A DNA stretch of 64,000 nucleotides from NCBI GenBank assembly GCA_951406725.2, contig OX597822.1, positions 29,078,001-29,142,000 of the forward strand, written 5' to 3'. The first letter of the stretch is position 1; each line of letters starts with the position of its first letter. Origin of the DNA: Octopus vulgaris (lineage: Eukaryota). The position numbers and the translations under genes are program-made. The notes beneath the pieces are model-generated. The model did no database searches, was not told the origin of the DNA, and saw nothing but the letters and a program-made list of their open reading frames with translations. Below are positions 63,828 to 64,000 of the stretch, piece by piece.

Positions 63828-64000
63828 GTAAGTTATTGGTAAATCTTTTAATTTGTCGACTTTCTGATTTCGTTTCAGGAATTTCAATTAAAGAGTAGCA
63901 TTTTTTTTTTCTATGTTAGTTTTCAATCATATATTTAGATTATATACATTATCATTATATATATATATGATGAACTCTGTTGCATATGTGTGTTTGTGTG

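Overview
AT-rich, repeat-dense eukaryotic DNA. The SINE/LINE repertoire looks like a cephalopod, probably octopus (inferred from repeat families, not proven). One host gene is supported on the + strand: five internal GT-AG coding exons (29364-29444, 31718-31910, 50162-50264, 62059-62152, 63723-63827) that splice in frame into 192 aa of the N-terminal HEAT-repeat region of importin-5 (IPO5/karyopherin beta-3). I could not find its start exon, and the gene continues past the window. The rest is mostly mobile DNA: RTE-clade LINEs from three lineages, a full-length degenerate mariner, a pogo-like element, a non-autonomous Helitron, piggyBac-, hAT- and mariner-type MITEs, and three tRNA-derived SINE families. 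The most interesting signals are: (1) an RTE lineage with a C4HC3 PHD finger inserted inside the reverse transcriptase, seen in three copies of different ages; (2) a small repeat family carrying a minimal hammerhead ribozyme with a variant CUGUNGA core; (3) several locally templated insertions and fold-backs; (4) many inverted repeats that would make the pre-mRNA double-stranded. All coordinates and alignments were read by eye, so edges of degenerate repeats are approximate.
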